Assembly (NCBI GenBank): GCA_048938895.1 | Contig: JBHLLU010000002.1 | Location: 82,394-146,393, forward strand | Direction: 5' to 3' | DNA from: Promethearchaeota archaeon | Lineage (GTDB): Archaea; Asgardarchaeota; Lokiarchaeia; Sigyniarchaeales; SOKP01 | Length of the DNA: 64,000 bases | Program-made: the position numbers and the translations under genes | The notes under the pieces: model-generated | The model's input: only the letters and a program-made list of their open reading frames with translations | Database searches by the model: none | Told to the model about the DNA's origin: nothing | Shown: piece by piece, positions 9,184 through 20,305 of the stretch | Numbering within the stretch: position 1 is the stretch's first letter | Layout of the letters: every line of letters starts with the position of its first letter

Positions 9184-11451
9184 CTAACCATTCTCCCTCA
9201 TTTCTTTAAAAAAACGTATAAAGAATTTAGCACCCTTGTTTCTTCCATCAGATTCAACTAATACTTTGCCTCCATGAAGCTCTACTATTTCCTTTGTAAT
9301 ATAAAGTCCTAAACCTGCTCCCTCTATGTCCACATCAAGATCCTGACCATATCGCTCAATTTTCCCAAACTTTTGAAATAGTTTCTCTTTTTCTTCCAGG
9401 GTAATTCCTACTCCATTATCTTCTACAATGATGTCAATTAAATTTTCTGACTCTTTTAATTCTATTCTTATCTTTCCTCTAGAAGGTGTATTTTTGATTG
9501 CATTCGAAATAAGGTTTATTATTGATTGAGAAAATCTATTTTTGTCTACATTATAATAGATTTCATTAGGTAAATCCAAATCGATATTTATTTGTCTCGA
9601 TGATGCTAGATACATTAATTCCTTGACACATTCCCTCATTACTTCACTTAAGTCTTGTTCTTCGAGATTAAGATTTAATTGTTTAATATCCAATTGAGAA
9701 GCATCTAATAAATTATCTACAAGCTCTTTTAACCGTATTATACCACTATGTGATATTTCAAGATAAGATCTTATCTCTTCATTTAAAGTTGAATCTCTTA
9801 ATAAGAGTTGAGATACACCATAAACCGATGTGAGTGGGGTTCTTAATTCATGCGAAATCCTTGTAATAAGTTCTTTTCTTAATTCATCTAATTCTAATAG
9901 TCTCTTGTTTTCTTCAACTATTAGATTCTCTGCCTTTTTCCTTGTTGTTACATCAATGAGAGAAACTAAAACTGCATTTTTTCCTTGATATTGGATTACC
10001 TTAGAATTTATTTCGATCCATATTACTTCACCAGATTTTGTAAATAATCTGTAAGGGTGAGCTCCTTCTATGCCAAAGCTTCCCGTTTCCATTCTTTGGA
10101 ATCTTTTCATCGCAATTGATAAATCCTCAGGATGAACTAATTTGAAGAATTCGTTTGGCGTCCAAGTTGATACTTCTTGTTGGGAATATCCTGTTGTATT
10201 TAATAGAGCCTCGTTAGCATATTTTATTTTCCCATCTTGTAGAATTACTATTCCTAAAAAGGATTGCTCAGTAATAGTTCGAAATTTTCCTTCTGATTCT
10301 ATTAACTCTAATTCTGCTTTCATTCGCTCAGTAATGTCTCGATCAATACCACGATATCCTTGAAAATTTCCTTCAATATCAAAAATTGGAGCACCACTCG
10401 TTTCAAGTATTATAATTTGTCCATTCTTGTGTAAATTTCTATTTACCAACCCTTCAAACGAGCTTTGGGATATAATTATCTCCTCAAACATTTTTCTCAC
10501 ACGCTTAGCTTCCTCTCCTGGCATTAAATCGAATGGAGTTTTACTTATAACTTCTTCAGGCTCATAACCTAGTAGTTCTCTAATTTTTGGACTGGAATAA
10601 ACATATTTATTATTTCGATCCACTTCCCAAATCCAATCACTGGTAGTCTCGACAAGACTTCTAAATTTCTCCTCAGATTCTTTTAATTTTTCCCCTGCAA
10701 TTTTTCGTTCTGTAATATCTTCATAAGTGCCAAGAATTCCTATAATTTTGTCCTCCGAATCATGGAGAGGGATTCGATTTATATCTAACCATGCTTGTTT
10801 TCCATCTGCTTGGGTTTGTGGTTCAATGACGTGATATTCGGGTTTTCCAGATTCCATCACTAAACGCTCAATTTCATAAAATGATTCTGCTTCTTCAAAT
10901 CTCCACGCTAAGTCATGATCTATCTTTCCTATTATATTTTCTGGATCTCCAACACCAGCTACTCTAGCAAAATTTCTGTTGCACCCTAGGTATTTTGAAT
11001 CAATATCTTTCCAAAAAATATGTTGAGGAATATTATCTAATACTAACTGAAACATTCGCTTTGAATTATTCAATTCATCAAGTAGAGCCTTTTGGGTTGT
11101 GATATCTCTCATTACAGTTATAAAAATACGTTCTCCATCAATTTTATTTTTCATGAGCTTTGTTTTAAATTCTCCATAAAAAGAACTTCCATCAGGCTTT
11201 AATAATTTGTATTCATGTTTTTTTATGGATCCTTTTGTCTTGAGTTCCTTAAAATTTTCTTGAAGTTCATTATGTTGTTCTGAAACCACAAAATCAGAGA
11301 TATGCTTTCCAATAAAGTAATTTTTATCTTCAATATCGTAAAAATCTAAAACATTTTGTGAAACGTTAATTACTTTCCCCTCAAAATTAAAAATTACAAC
11401 GAGATCTGGTATGGCGTTAACTAATTCCTCCAAAAAAGTATTCATCATCAT
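9184..11451 (-). CDS. Cytoplasmic four-PAS sensor histidine kinase
   Basis: Four PAS/PAC units, [10 protein letters not shown]-box, [19 protein letters not shown]. Confidence 0.93.
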   Translation of the reverse strand: MMMNTFLEELVNAIPDLVVIFNFEGKVINVSQNVLDFYDIEDKNYFIGKHISDFVVSEQHNELQENFKELKTKGSIKKHEYKLLKPDGSSFYGEFKTKLMKNKIDGERIFITVMRDITTQKALLDELNNSKRMFQLVLDNIPQHIFWKDIDSKYLGCNRNFARVAGVGDPENIIGKIDHDLAWRFEEAESFYEIERLVMESGKPEYHVIEPQTQADGKQAWLDINRIPLHDSEDKIIGILGTYEDITERKIAGEKLKESEEKFRSLVETTSDWIWEVDRNNKYVYSSPKIRELLGYEPEEVISKTPFDLMPGEEAKRVRKMFEEIIISQSSFEGLVNRNLHKNGQIIILETSGAPIFDIEGNFQGYRGIDRDITERMKAELELIESEGKFRTITEQSFLGIVILQDGKIKYANEALLNTTGYSQQEVSTWTPNEFFKLVHPEDLSIAMKRFQRMETGSFGIEGAHPYRLFTKSGEVIWIEINSKVIQYQGKNAVLVSLIDVTTRKKAENLIVEENKRLLELDELRKELITRISHELRTPLTSVYGVSQLLLRDSTLNEEIRSYLEISHSGIIRLKELVDNLLDASQLDIKQLNLNLEEQDLSEVMRECVKELMYLASSRQINIDLDLPNEIYYNVDKNRFSQSIINLISNAIKNTPSRGKIRIELKESENLIDIIVEDNGVGITLEEKEKLFQKFGKIERYGQDLDVDIEGAGLGLYITKEIVELHGGKVLVESDGRNKGAKFFIRFFKEMRENG

Positions 11452-11571
11452 TATAATAATCTAAAAAATTTAATGAAATTATATTGTATAATTATAGTGA
11501 ATAAATTTAACTTTATGTTTAAAAATTCTAATATTCCCCTGTTTTAATGAGATTTAAAATATATTATGAAT

Positions 11572-12378
11572 TTACTTATCTTTACTAAGCTCTTTTTCAA
11601 TGACTTCCATTAGTTCATTTTCACTATACTCCTTCTCAGATAGTCTCTTAAAACCTCTATTATAGAATTTTTTTAAGCGTTTTGGCATTATCCATGCGAT
11701 AAATGCACATATAGAATAAAAAATTGTAAATCCTAAAATTATATATGAATAAATAACATTTGGAAACTCATATAATCCTATTACATTGTAGGGAATGAAA
11801 TAATATATAAAAATACTTAAAGAATAAATAATAGAACTCAAGCCAATCAATTGATATCTCTTTTTAACCCAAGGCTCAATATTGATATATTTTAAGTAGT
11901 AGTAATATTTCAATGCAATTATACCTAACCAGAGATGAGACAATAAAAACGATATTGTTATTGAAAAAAGAATAAAGAAGTAGTATACTAAGTTAGACTC
12001 TTCTAAAGAAGTAGTCATAGGTATTGAAATTTGAAAGATTAATCTAATGATGAAATCTATACTTCTGACTATGATCAAAATTAATAGAAAGATCTTAAAA
12101 GGACTCTTTTTATCTTTGAAAAATGTTAATTTAGTAAAAATCACGATTAGAATATTTGGAAATTGATTTAAGAATAAAGTTATTATAATTAGTGATGGAA
12201 CTAAGGCATAGAAAACCAATCTTAAACTAGTTATAAGGAAAAACAGGATTAAAGGGAGTAGATTATAAGTCTTTGTCTTTATCATTTTAATTAAAAGAAA
12301 AGTAGCTACAAACAGTTGTAATACAATCCATACTAGCTGAAATGAGTAATTAATAATAACTACTGTCTGCAATAACAT
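11572..12378 (-). CDS. ~7 TM membrane protein, paralog of 5167..5940
   Basis: IEPWVKKRY, AWIMPKRLKKFYN, KEYSENELMEVI. Confidence 0.75.
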   Translation of the reverse strand: MLLQTVVIINYSFQLVWIVLQLFVATFLLIKMIKTKTYNLLPLILFFLITSLRLVFYALVPSLIIITLFLNQFPNILIVIFTKLTFFKDKKSPFKIFLLILIIVRSIDFIIRLIFQISIPMTTSLEESNLVYYFFILFSITISFLLSHLWLGIIALKYYYYLKYINIEPWVKKRYQLIGLSSIIYSLSIFIYYFIPYNVIGLYEFPNVIYSYIILGFTIFYSICAFIAWIMPKRLKKFYNRGFKRLSEKEYSENELMEVIEKELSKDK

Positions 12379-12390
12379 AATAATCCTCCC

Positions 12391-12666
12391 CTATATCTTC
12401 TCCATTGTGATTAATGATTGATTTTCCAATATTTCTTTTAATAATATTTCTATAATTTGCTTAAATTTCTTAATATTCAGGTTCTCAAGTCTTCTTTTTA
12501 GAGAATTTTGAATAACTTTTTGATAATCCCTTAAATCCATCGTATTTAGTTTCTGAAACGGGGTAAGTTCTTCTTTAATTGCTAATTTAATAAGACCCCT
12601 TGAAGCCGCTTCCGATATACCAATTTCTTTTGATAATATTTCTCCTAGGTAATAGATTATCTGTAT
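12391..12666 (-). CDS. Small helical protein (91 aa) missed by the ORF track; probable ATA start
   Basis: Open frame IQIIYYLGEILSKEIGISEAASRGLIKLAIKEEL...ENQSLITMEKI*; in-frame TGA 6 codons upstream; GAGGT SD-like site just before the ATA; stop 12 nt before the next gene. Confidence 0.7.
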   Translation of the reverse strand: MQIIYYLGEILSKEIGISEAASRGLIKLAIKEELTPFQKLNTMDLRDYQKVIQNSLKRRLENLNIKKFKQIIEILLKEILENQSLITMEKI

Positions 12667-12794
12667 ATTGCTAACCTCACTTCAAGATAGAAATTTAATT
12701 TTATTAGTGATGTGGGTATCTCTTAATATGTTTATTAATATCGGTTATTATATAATAAATTTTTTTTTGTTATAGCCTTATATTCGCTGTTTGA

Positions 12795-12995
12795 TGCACA
12801 GTCATTATCATAAATTTGCACATGAGAATAAGATTTTCGATTATTTTATGCAAAATTCTAAAAAATTGATAAAAATTCGTTCTGTTAATAATAACAAAAT
12901 TATAGAGGATCATCTTTTAATTTATTAATTTTTTTTAGTATTATAATCATTGGGTAATTGCACAAAATAGATTTAGAATCAGACCTTTTTGCACA
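12795..12995. promoter_or_regulatory. Cluster of (T)TGCACA boxes in a divergent promoter region
   Basis: TGCACA 12795-12800, TTGCACA 12816-12822, 12958-12964 and 12989-12995. Confidence 0.4.
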
Positions 12996-13034
12996 AAACC
13001 CGAACATAATATAAGTCTTAAATGATGATCATAA

Positions 13035-13307
13035 ATGGATTGTTATGATGAAATTTTGGAAATATATCAAAAAAATAATAAAAAAGATAGATTCATAACA
13101 TATTTGACATATCTAATAAACAAAAAATCAAAAGTTTTAACTGAATTACAATTTCAAAATTGCCTGATACTAATATTAGCAATTTGGAATCCTAAGTTCA
13201 TTGATTTATATGTTAGAGAAGGGGAAGACGCAAAGTCACTCCAACAGGAAAAGAAAGAAAAATTTATTAAAATTTTAAAATCTGAATTTAAAGATTTTAA
13301 TAATTAA
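13035..13307 (+). CDS. Small hypothetical protein, paralog of 15069..15371
   Basis: MDCYD...YLTYLINKK...L.ELQFQNCLILILAIW. Confidence 0.7.
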   Translation: MDCYDEILEIYQKNNKKDRFITYLTYLINKKSKVLTELQFQNCLILILAIWNPKFIDLYVREGEDAKSLQQEKKEKFIKILKSEFKDFNN

Positions 13308-13336
13308 ACAATAGAATAATAAAAAAAGGAATTAAA

Positions 13337-14839
13337 ATGACAGTTTCATCTCACAATAATATAATAAAGAATTCGGAAGGGATTTTTCAAACGCTAATTA
13401 CTCATATTAATTATATAATTATCGAGTTAGATTTAAATGGTAATATTATTTATATGAATGCTCAAGCAAATAATCTCTTAGGATACAATTCAGAAGAAAT
13501 TTTAGGAGTAAATTGTTTTAAATTCATCCACCCCGAAGATCATTTAAAATTAATTAGTAAAATGAAATTTTTAATACAATATGGGGGTTCAATATCAGAT
13601 GAATACAGAATATTGCATAAAAGTGGGCAATATCTACTGCTTTCTATAAATGGAACTGTACAAAGGGATAAAAGATCCATCATACTTATTGCAATATTAC
13701 AAGATGTTTCCCAGATAAAAAAAAAAGAAGAAAAATACCGATTTATTACAGAAAATATTAATGATATTATTACAGTGTTTGATGATAAACTTGATTTAAT
13801 ATTCATAAATGAAACTCCAGAAAAAATGTTAGGCTTCTCCAAAGAAGAGATGATTGGGAAATCTGTTTTTGATTTTTTACATCCTTATGAATTAAACAAT
13901 ACTACGGATATATTCTTGAAAACATTAAAAGAGGGTCAAGGGAGGGGACAATTTAGAATACGCCTGAAAAATAATTCATATAAATGGATGGATATAAACG
14001 GAAAAGTAACCATTGATTCAGAAGGAAATAAAAAGATGATATTAGTATCTCGAGATATTACAGAAGAAAAAGAAATAGTAAAAAGACTTAAAGAATCTAA
14101 ACAAGAATTAAAAGAAAAGAATTTAGAGTTGGAAAAAATAAACTTCCTGAAAAATGAATTTCTTTGTAGAGCTTCTCATGAATTAAAAGCGCCATTAGTA
14201 GCTATAAAAGGTAATGCTGATTTAGCACTCAAATTACATTATGAAAATTTAAAACCAGAATTAATTGTGATGCTAAATGAAATTCAAAATAAAAGTGAAC
14301 AACTGAATAGAATCATTAATAAACTTATATCAAGTTCCAAATTAGAAACTAGTAAAATTGAACTGCGAACTACCAAAGAAGATTTAAGATCTCTAATAGA
14401 AGGATGCGTGAATGAGCTGCAAACTTTCGTTAAAGTGAAAAATTTTAGAATTAAATTAGACTTAAATCATCCTATAATTACGAAATTTAATAAAGAACAG
14501 ATACATGAAGTTATTACGAATCTTTTGACCAATGCGATAAATTATTCCCCTCCTGGAGGAATTATAGAAGTAAAATCTAAAATGAAGGGTAATACTATTA
14601 TTACATCTATAAAAGATGAAGGCCTTGGCTTTACCGAAGATGAGAAAAAAAAACTATTTCAAAAGTTTGTAACAATAAACAGAAAAATTAAGCAATTTGA
14701 TGTTTTAGTTGAAGGTTCAGGTTTGGGTTTGTATATTACAAAAAGTATATTAGAATTGCATGGAGGAGAAATTTGGGTTGAATCAAAAGGTAGAAATAAA
14801 GGTTCAACCTTTTATTTTACACTTCCAAAAACATTGTAG
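13337..14839 (+). CDS. PAS-PAS sensor histidine kinase; close paralog of 6079..7953
   Basis: ASHELKAPL, NLLTNAINY, DEGLG, GSGLGL; near-identical C-terminus to the 624-aa kinase. Confidence 0.92.
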   Translation: MTVSSHNNIIKNSEGIFQTLITHINYIIIELDLNGNIIYMNAQANNLLGYNSEEILGVNCFKFIHPEDHLKLISKMKFLIQYGGSISDEYRILHKSGQYLLLSINGTVQRDKRSIILIAILQDVSQIKKKEEKYRFITENINDIITVFDDKLDLIFINETPEKMLGFSKEEMIGKSVFDFLHPYELNNTTDIFLKTLKEGQGRGQFRIRLKNNSYKWMDINGKVTIDSEGNKKMILVSRDITEEKEIVKRLKESKQELKEKNLELEKINFLKNEFLCRASHELKAPLVAIKGNADLALKLHYENLKPELIVMLNEIQNKSEQLNRIINKLISSSKLETSKIELRTTKEDLRSLIEGCVNELQTFVKVKNFRIKLDLNHPIITKFNKEQIHEVITNLLTNAINYSPPGGIIEVKSKMKGNTIITSIKDEGLGFTEDEKKKLFQKFVTINRKIKQFDVLVEGSGLGLYITKSILELHGGEIWVESKGRNKGSTFYFTLPKTL

Positions 14840-14871
14840 ATAAATCTAAATTAAAAATAGGGGATAAAATT

Positions 14872-15033
14872 ATGTATGAATATAACTATTTAAAGAAACT
14901 GATTCAGTTTCTCATAAATCGAGATCCACAATCGAATATTTATGCTGGTTGGTTGGAAACATTACAAAATTTAGAAACGAAAAGCAATGAACTTCGAAAG
15001 ATGATAAATGAAGAAGTGAAACGATATCGTTAA
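14872..15033 (+). CDS. Small hypothetical protein (53 aa)
   Basis: ATG preceded by GGGGA; MYEYNYLKKLIQFLINRDPQSNIYAGWLETLQNLETKSNELRKMINEEVKRYR*. Confidence 0.5.
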   Translation: MYEYNYLKKLIQFLINRDPQSNIYAGWLETLQNLETKSNELRKMINEEVKRYR

Positions 15034-15068
15034 AGAATGAGATTATGGATTATCGTTTATGAATAATT

Positions 15069-15371
15069 ATGTTAAATAAAAGAAACTCGTTTTATAGAGG
15101 TATATTACTAATGGATTCTTATGATAAGGATATAAGTTTAGTGAATAAAAATGATGAATTTCAAATGTGGTTAAAATATCTAAAGGAATTAATTAATAAA
15201 AAAACAGAGACATTGTCAATTCTGCAATTTAAAAACTATAAGCTTTTAACATTGGCTATCTGGGAGGATAACTTTGTCAAAAAATATTTTAAAAGAAGTA
15301 TAGAAAGAAATGAACTTAGTCAAGATCTAAAAGAAACAATAATAACAATATTAAGAGCCAAACTGAAGTGA
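15069..15371 (+). CDS. Small hypothetical protein, paralog of 13035..13307 (likely start at MDSYD, 15111)
   Basis: MDSYD...YLKELINKKTETLSILQFKNYKLLTLAIW; GAGGT upstream of the internal ATG. Confidence 0.7.
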   Translation: MLNKRNSFYRGILLMDSYDKDISLVNKNDEFQMWLKYLKELINKKTETLSILQFKNYKLLTLAIWEDNFVKKYFKRSIERNELSQDLKETIITILRAKLK

Positions 15372-15404
15372 TTTTTATTGTTAAGAACGCTACGTAAAAG
15401 AGAT

Positions 15405-15554
15405 ATGAGAAAAGTTCTAAAAAACCTTGATCTGTTCAAACAAATAGAAATATTTAAACGTGGAGAAGACACACAGGGATTAAAAGTTTTTTTATGGGAA
15501 CAAAAAACAAAATCATGGAGAAGAGTTATTAATTTAGATCAAGAGATTAAGTAG
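15405..15554 (+). CDS. Possible small protein (49 aa)
   Basis: Open frame MRKVLKNLDLFKQIEIFKRGEDTQGLKVFLWEQKTKSWRRVINLDQEIK*. Confidence 0.35.
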   Translation: MRKVLKNLDLFKQIEIFKRGEDTQGLKVFLWEQKTKSWRRVINLDQEIK

Positions 15555-15839
15555 GTTTACTGATAAAATTGTAGAAGTGTGTTCAATTAGATTCATGAGT
15601 ATTATGGATATTGTTTAAACTTTCTTCACTAAATAATTCCTCAATTTTTTGTTGATATATTTAGAAGAAAAAAACAGAGAAAGCATATTTTTTTCATTAA
15701 GTTAATTTAACTTTTAGAGCGTCAGCTAAGCGTTCAAGCTTATTTGCTGTAGCAGAGTATATCACTAAATTCATTAAAAATAACAAATCTGTACAAAAAA
15801 GAATCGATTTTTAAATTTCCTTTTTTTTGATCAAAGATG

Positions 15840-16625
15840 TTAATCTAATTTTCTTATTACAAAACTTCTATGTGAAACTGAAGCATGTTGAATCCCTTCA
15901 TAGATATAACTTATATTTTCATCCCTTTGCTGCATCCCTATAATGTAAAGCATAGGTAAGTAGTGCTCATTAGTTTGAAAACCCCTTTTGCTTAATTCTA
16001 TTAGATCATAATTAACTAAAACATTGATATCATGTGAATCTAGTGCGTTTTTTTGAATACTGTCTAATTCAACAGCCCATTTAAATGGTTTTGCATTCAT
16101 ATCCCAATTAATTTCCCTGAATGTATGGATTAGATTACCACTTCCAATAAAAAGATAATTCTGTTCTCGTAATTTAGCTAATTTTTGTCCAAGTTCATAG
16201 TGATATTGTGGAGCGTATCTAATATCTAGGCTTAATTCTATTACCGGAATTGCTCCTGAAGGCAATAAATTCTCTAATACAATAGTCGCAGCGTGATCTA
16301 TTCCCCATTCATTTGTAGTGCTTAAGGTCTCTGGTAATAATCGAGTAATTTCATTAGCAATTTTAGATGATCCTTTAGCGGGATAAATATATTCATAAAA
16401 ATGTTTAGGAAAACCATAATAGTCATAAACCATCTTGGGATGATCATCATTTGTTAATAGTGTTCCATGAGTCAACCAATGTGCCGAAATTATTATAATT
16501 GCTCTCGGTTTATACTTAGAGAATAAGTGTTTGCCAAAATCTTTCAATGATTTAGTAAAATCATTTTCATTAAATATATTATAAGGACTCCCATGACCTA
16601 TAAAGAGCGCAGGTAATCGTGTCAT
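15840..16625 (-). CDS. ygiD: Extradiol ring-cleavage dioxygenase, 4,5-DOPA dioxygenase/LigB family
   Basis: PALFIGHGSP, ISAHW, WGIDH, GSGNLIH, EHYLP motifs. Confidence 0.88.
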   Translation of the reverse strand: MTRLPALFIGHGSPYNIFNENDFTKSLKDFGKHLFSKYKPRAIIIISAHWLTHGTLLTNDDHPKMVYDYYGFPKHFYEYIYPAKGSSKIANEITRLLPETLSTTNEWGIDHAATIVLENLLPSGAIPVIELSLDIRYAPQYHYELGQKLAKLREQNYLFIGSGNLIHTFREINWDMNAKPFKWAVELDSIQKNALDSHDINVLVNYDLIELSKRGFQTNEHYLPMLYIIGMQQRDENISYIYEGIQHASVSHRSFVIRKLD

Positions 16626-16740
16626 ATTTAGAAATTTAATTTGGATTATTTGAATTTACCTTCTTAAAATGATAAATGTCTCTAATCATTAGTTAATAAA
16701 ATATAAATCTTTAATCATTGGTTATTGTAAAAAATTTCAA

Positions 16741-19104
16741 TTAACCCATCTTGACCTTAATAATATGCTTTTTACCATCATTGAATACTGGTAAAAGATT
16801 ACCTTCGATATCTTTATCATCAATCGTAGCCTTTTTTATTCCTATTGATATTCGTTCTGGATTTAGAACTGATATATCATATACCGCATTTCTAAATTTC
16901 CGAATTACTCTATATTTATTCCAATCTTTCGGTATGCACGGATTTACTTTTAAACCTTTAAAAGTAGGTCTTAACCCGAGGATCCAATCCACGGCGGTCT
17001 TCATTGTCCATGAGGCAGTTCCTGTCAGCCATGAATTCTTGGCTGTACCGAACTTTGGATGATCATTACCAGTTATCATTTGAGAATAGATATAGGGTTC
17101 AGTTTTGTGTATTTCAGCAATCTTATTTTTTGTAGTCGGAATAATTTTTTTATAATATTCATAAGCAATATCACCTCGTCCTAAAATGCATTCTGCTATT
17201 ACTGCCCATGGATTAGTGTGGCAAAAGATGCTAGCATTTTCTTTAAGACCTGGTGGAAAAGTAGAAATTCCCCCCATTTTAGGATAAAAACGTGAAAACG
17301 GTGGGTATAATAATTTAATACCGAAATCAGTGTTAAGAAATTTCCGAACAGAATTCATACATTGGAAACTCCGCTCTTTTGAAGCAATACCACTAAATAC
17401 AGCCCATGATTGAGTATTTAAAAAAATTTTACCCTCATTGTTATTCTGACTACCAATCACTTCTCCATCATCATCAAAAGCACGGACATACCATTCTCCA
17501 TCCCAGGCGTTTTTATTTATGTTATCTTTAACCCTTTTAGCCAGATTATTATATTCATTAAAATCATTTTTAAGATTGAATCTTTCTGCTATTTCTCCTA
17601 ATTCTAATAATGCCTTATAGAATTGCATAGCGACCATCACGCTCTCTCCATTTTTATTAGGACCATGAAGTTGAAGTGTATCGTTCCAATCTGCCGTACC
17701 TATCAAAGGAAATCCATGTGGGCCTATATTATCACTCGTGAATTTTATCGCTCTTTTCAGATGCTCATAAAAAATTTCTTCAGATCCCTCAACAAATTTA
17801 ATTTCTTCTTCTAAAATGGACAGATCTCCTGTTTCTTTTAAATAATTACTAGCTGCAAAAATTAACCATAAATGGTCATCTCCAAAGAATTTCATCTTAG
17901 GATTAATATAATTGGGATAATCTCCCTTGCCTGTCAGAGGAAAATAAATATGATATACTTTTCCACTTTCGAATTGAGTTTTAGCAAGCTCTATTAACCG
18001 ATCACGAACTTTGTTTGGAAGAGCGTGACAAACACCTAAAGTATCTTGGTTACTGTCACGAAAACCAAGACCTCTACCTATTCCAGTTTCATAAAAAGAA
18101 ACATATCGCGCCCAATCAAAAGTTGTTTTGCATTGATATGGATTCCAAACATTAATAATAGAATTGAAATCATGATCTGGAGTATCCACAATCAAATTCT
18201 GAAGATAATTATCCCAAACCTCCTTTAAATTTAAAAACTCAATTTTCACATTCTCATCATTCCTATACTTATTTATTAAATGTTTTGCATGTGATTTTTC
18301 TTTTACAACTCCTAAAATAAAAATAATTTCTTTAGTTTCGTTTGGATTTAACCTAACCTCATTACATGTAGCAGCAATAGGATTTCCTCCAAGAGCTTGA
18401 GAATTTTCACATCTCCCTTGTTCAACACTTATAGGATTTGCTTCAGAACGATAAGTTCCTACAAAAGCTTCACGATCACAATCATAACTAGTAATATTTC
18501 CATTTGAATAGAAAAAAGCAATATACGTAGATAGATCGAATAAATGATAAAAAATTGTCTTATCATCTGCAGAATATCTGGAAACTGCAACATTTTGAAT
18601 ATATTGAAGATCTTTTTGATCTGATTCAGCATTCCATAAACAAAACTCAGCATATGAGAATATTTTTAATTCTTTTCTTTCTGAGGATTTATTTTGAACT
18701 TTTAAAAACCATATTTCTACATCATCTTTAATAGGTACAAAATATAGAATCTCAGCATGAATTCCTTGAAAGGATGATGAAAATTTTGTGTATCCTAACC
18801 CATGTCGACATTCATAATGATCTAGCTTCTTTATAACAGGTTGCCAAGTAGGAGACCAATATTCGGAGTCATTTTCACCTTTAATATAGATGTATCTCCC
18901 TGGTCTGTCGACAGGTAAATTATTATACCTGTATCGAAGAATTCTCAAATCTTTTGGATCAATATAAAAACTATATCCACCCCCAGTATTAGAGATCATA
19001 GCACAATATTTACCATTACTTAGATAGTTCATCCATGGAAGTGGTGTGTCAGGTCTAGTAATTACATACTCATTCTGTTCCTTATCAAAATATCCAAACA
19101 ACAT
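16741..19104 (-). CDS. GH94 glycoside phosphorylase (chitobiose/cellobiose phosphorylase-like)
   Basis: EYVITRPDTPLPW, GFRDSNQD, DDHLWL, ADWNDTL, KEN.SIFCHTNPW, SWLTGTASW. Confidence 0.9.
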   Translation of the reverse strand: MLFGYFDKEQNEYVITRPDTPLPWMNYLSNGKYCAMISNTGGGYSFYIDPKDLRILRYRYNNLPVDRPGRYIYIKGENDSEYWSPTWQPVIKKLDHYECRHGLGYTKFSSSFQGIHAEILYFVPIKDDVEIWFLKVQNKSSERKELKIFSYAEFCLWNAESDQKDLQYIQNVAVSRYSADDKTIFYHLFDLSTYIAFFYSNGNITSYDCDREAFVGTYRSEANPISVEQGRCENSQALGGNPIAATCNEVRLNPNETKEIIFILGVVKEKSHAKHLINKYRNDENVKIEFLNLKEVWDNYLQNLIVDTPDHDFNSIINVWNPYQCKTTFDWARYVSFYETGIGRGLGFRDSNQDTLGVCHALPNKVRDRLIELAKTQFESGKVYHIYFPLTGKGDYPNYINPKMKFFGDDHLWLIFAASNYLKETGDLSILEEEIKFVEGSEEIFYEHLKRAIKFTSDNIGPHGFPLIGTADWNDTLQLHGPNKNGESVMVAMQFYKALLELGEIAERFNLKNDFNEYNNLAKRVKDNINKNAWDGEWYVRAFDDDGEVIGSQNNNEGKIFLNTQSWAVFSGIASKERSFQCMNSVRKFLNTDFGIKLLYPPFSRFYPKMGGISTFPPGLKENASIFCHTNPWAVIAECILGRGDIAYEYYKKIIPTTKNKIAEIHKTEPYIYSQMITGNDHPKFGTAKNSWLTGTASWTMKTAVDWILGLRPTFKGLKVNPCIPKDWNKYRVIRKFRNAVYDISVLNPERISIGIKKATIDDKDIEGNLLPVFNDGKKHIIKVKMG

Positions 19105-19225
19105 TTGAACTCTATACTCGCTAAATTTTAAAAAATATAATCTGAAGTTATTAATATAATTAATGATGCTGGGTATGAAATCAGATCAGGGGAAAAATAT
19201 AAAACATTATTATCAATTCTAAGAA

Positions 19226-20281
19226 TTGAAAAGAAAATTAGTATTGAATTACAGACTAGTTATGAACTCAAAAATCAAAATCAATAAATATATTACAGTT
19301 TGTTTAGAACATAATAAAATATTGATTTATATCCAAGGAGAAAGATTCCAAGAACTTGAGTATTCCTTCTTAAATAGAATATTAAATGCTAACAAAGATA
19401 AAATAAAGGAAACAATAACTCAAGGTAAAATTTACTGGAATCATCATAAATTTAACTCAAAAAATGAATGTTTCCACATTTTCGTTAATATTTTGAAATT
19501 TTGGATTCGAAATAATTATGATACTGGTATCTTACTATATAATTTTTCATTTCCTTTACTAAAAAAATTAGTTGAGGTTGGAGATCCCCAAGCAAAAAAG
19601 GCATTTATTAATGAAATTCTAAAGAATCTGTGGGGTGCTGATCCATTAGTTGTAAAATATCTTATTAATGAAAAATATGATGATTATGTAGGTATTTATA
19701 ATACCAGAAGAAATATTCATACCCCTAATATTAAGGGAATAAAACTCACTTTGATTATTTGTATTTTGAATATTTTTATTTATATTCTTTTCACTGAGGT
19801 TTTTCACATAGAGGAAATCTTTATTTTTGACTTACCTAAAATTATAAATAAATTTGAATTATGGAGAATATTTACTTCAATTTTTATACATTCAGGAAGA
19901 TTTTCTTTACTCATTAACACTTTTTTTTTAATTAGTGTAGGTTCATACTTCGAAATCAATAATCTTATTTCTAAACATGTATATTTGATCGTATATTTTA
20001 TTTCTGGAATAATGGGTAATATTGGATATATGCTGATATCTTCACAAATATCTTATTACGTTTCATCAGCAGGAGCTTCAGGAGCAATATTCGGATTAAC
20101 TGGAGCTTTTATCATCGTTTTAATAATAAAGGAGAAGTATTACTGGTCAATAATATATAGTGCTATTTGCGGATTCTTCTATTTTTATACAATCGATCCC
20201 CAGATTAATTATATTTCTCATCTTTTTGGATTTATTACTGGAATTATCATATACGTGTTAGTATATGTTATGGAAAATTGA
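19226..20281 (+). CDS. Rhomboid intramembrane serine protease with an N-terminal soluble domain
   Basis: ELWRIFTSIFIH, GASGAIFG (catalytic Ser), ISHLFG (catalytic His). Confidence 0.85.
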   Translation: MKRKLVLNYRLVMNSKIKINKYITVCLEHNKILIYIQGERFQELEYSFLNRILNANKDKIKETITQGKIYWNHHKFNSKNECFHIFVNILKFWIRNNYDTGILLYNFSFPLLKKLVEVGDPQAKKAFINEILKNLWGADPLVVKYLINEKYDDYVGIYNTRRNIHTPNIKGIKLTLIICILNIFIYILFTEVFHIEEIFIFDLPKIINKFELWRIFTSIFIHSGRFSLLINTFFLISVGSYFEINNLISKHVYLIVYFISGIMGNIGYMLISSQISYYVSSAGASGAIFGLTGAFIIVLIIKEKYYWSIIYSAICGFFYFYTIDPQINYISHLFGFITGIIIYVLVYVMEN

Positions 20282-20305
20282 TTTCTAATGAACTTTCGAA
20301 GGTAA

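Noticed and set aside
15695-15780. 25-codon minus-strand ORF MNLVIYSATANKLERLADALKVKLT
   Set aside because: Too short, no clear SD, cannot be told apart from chance
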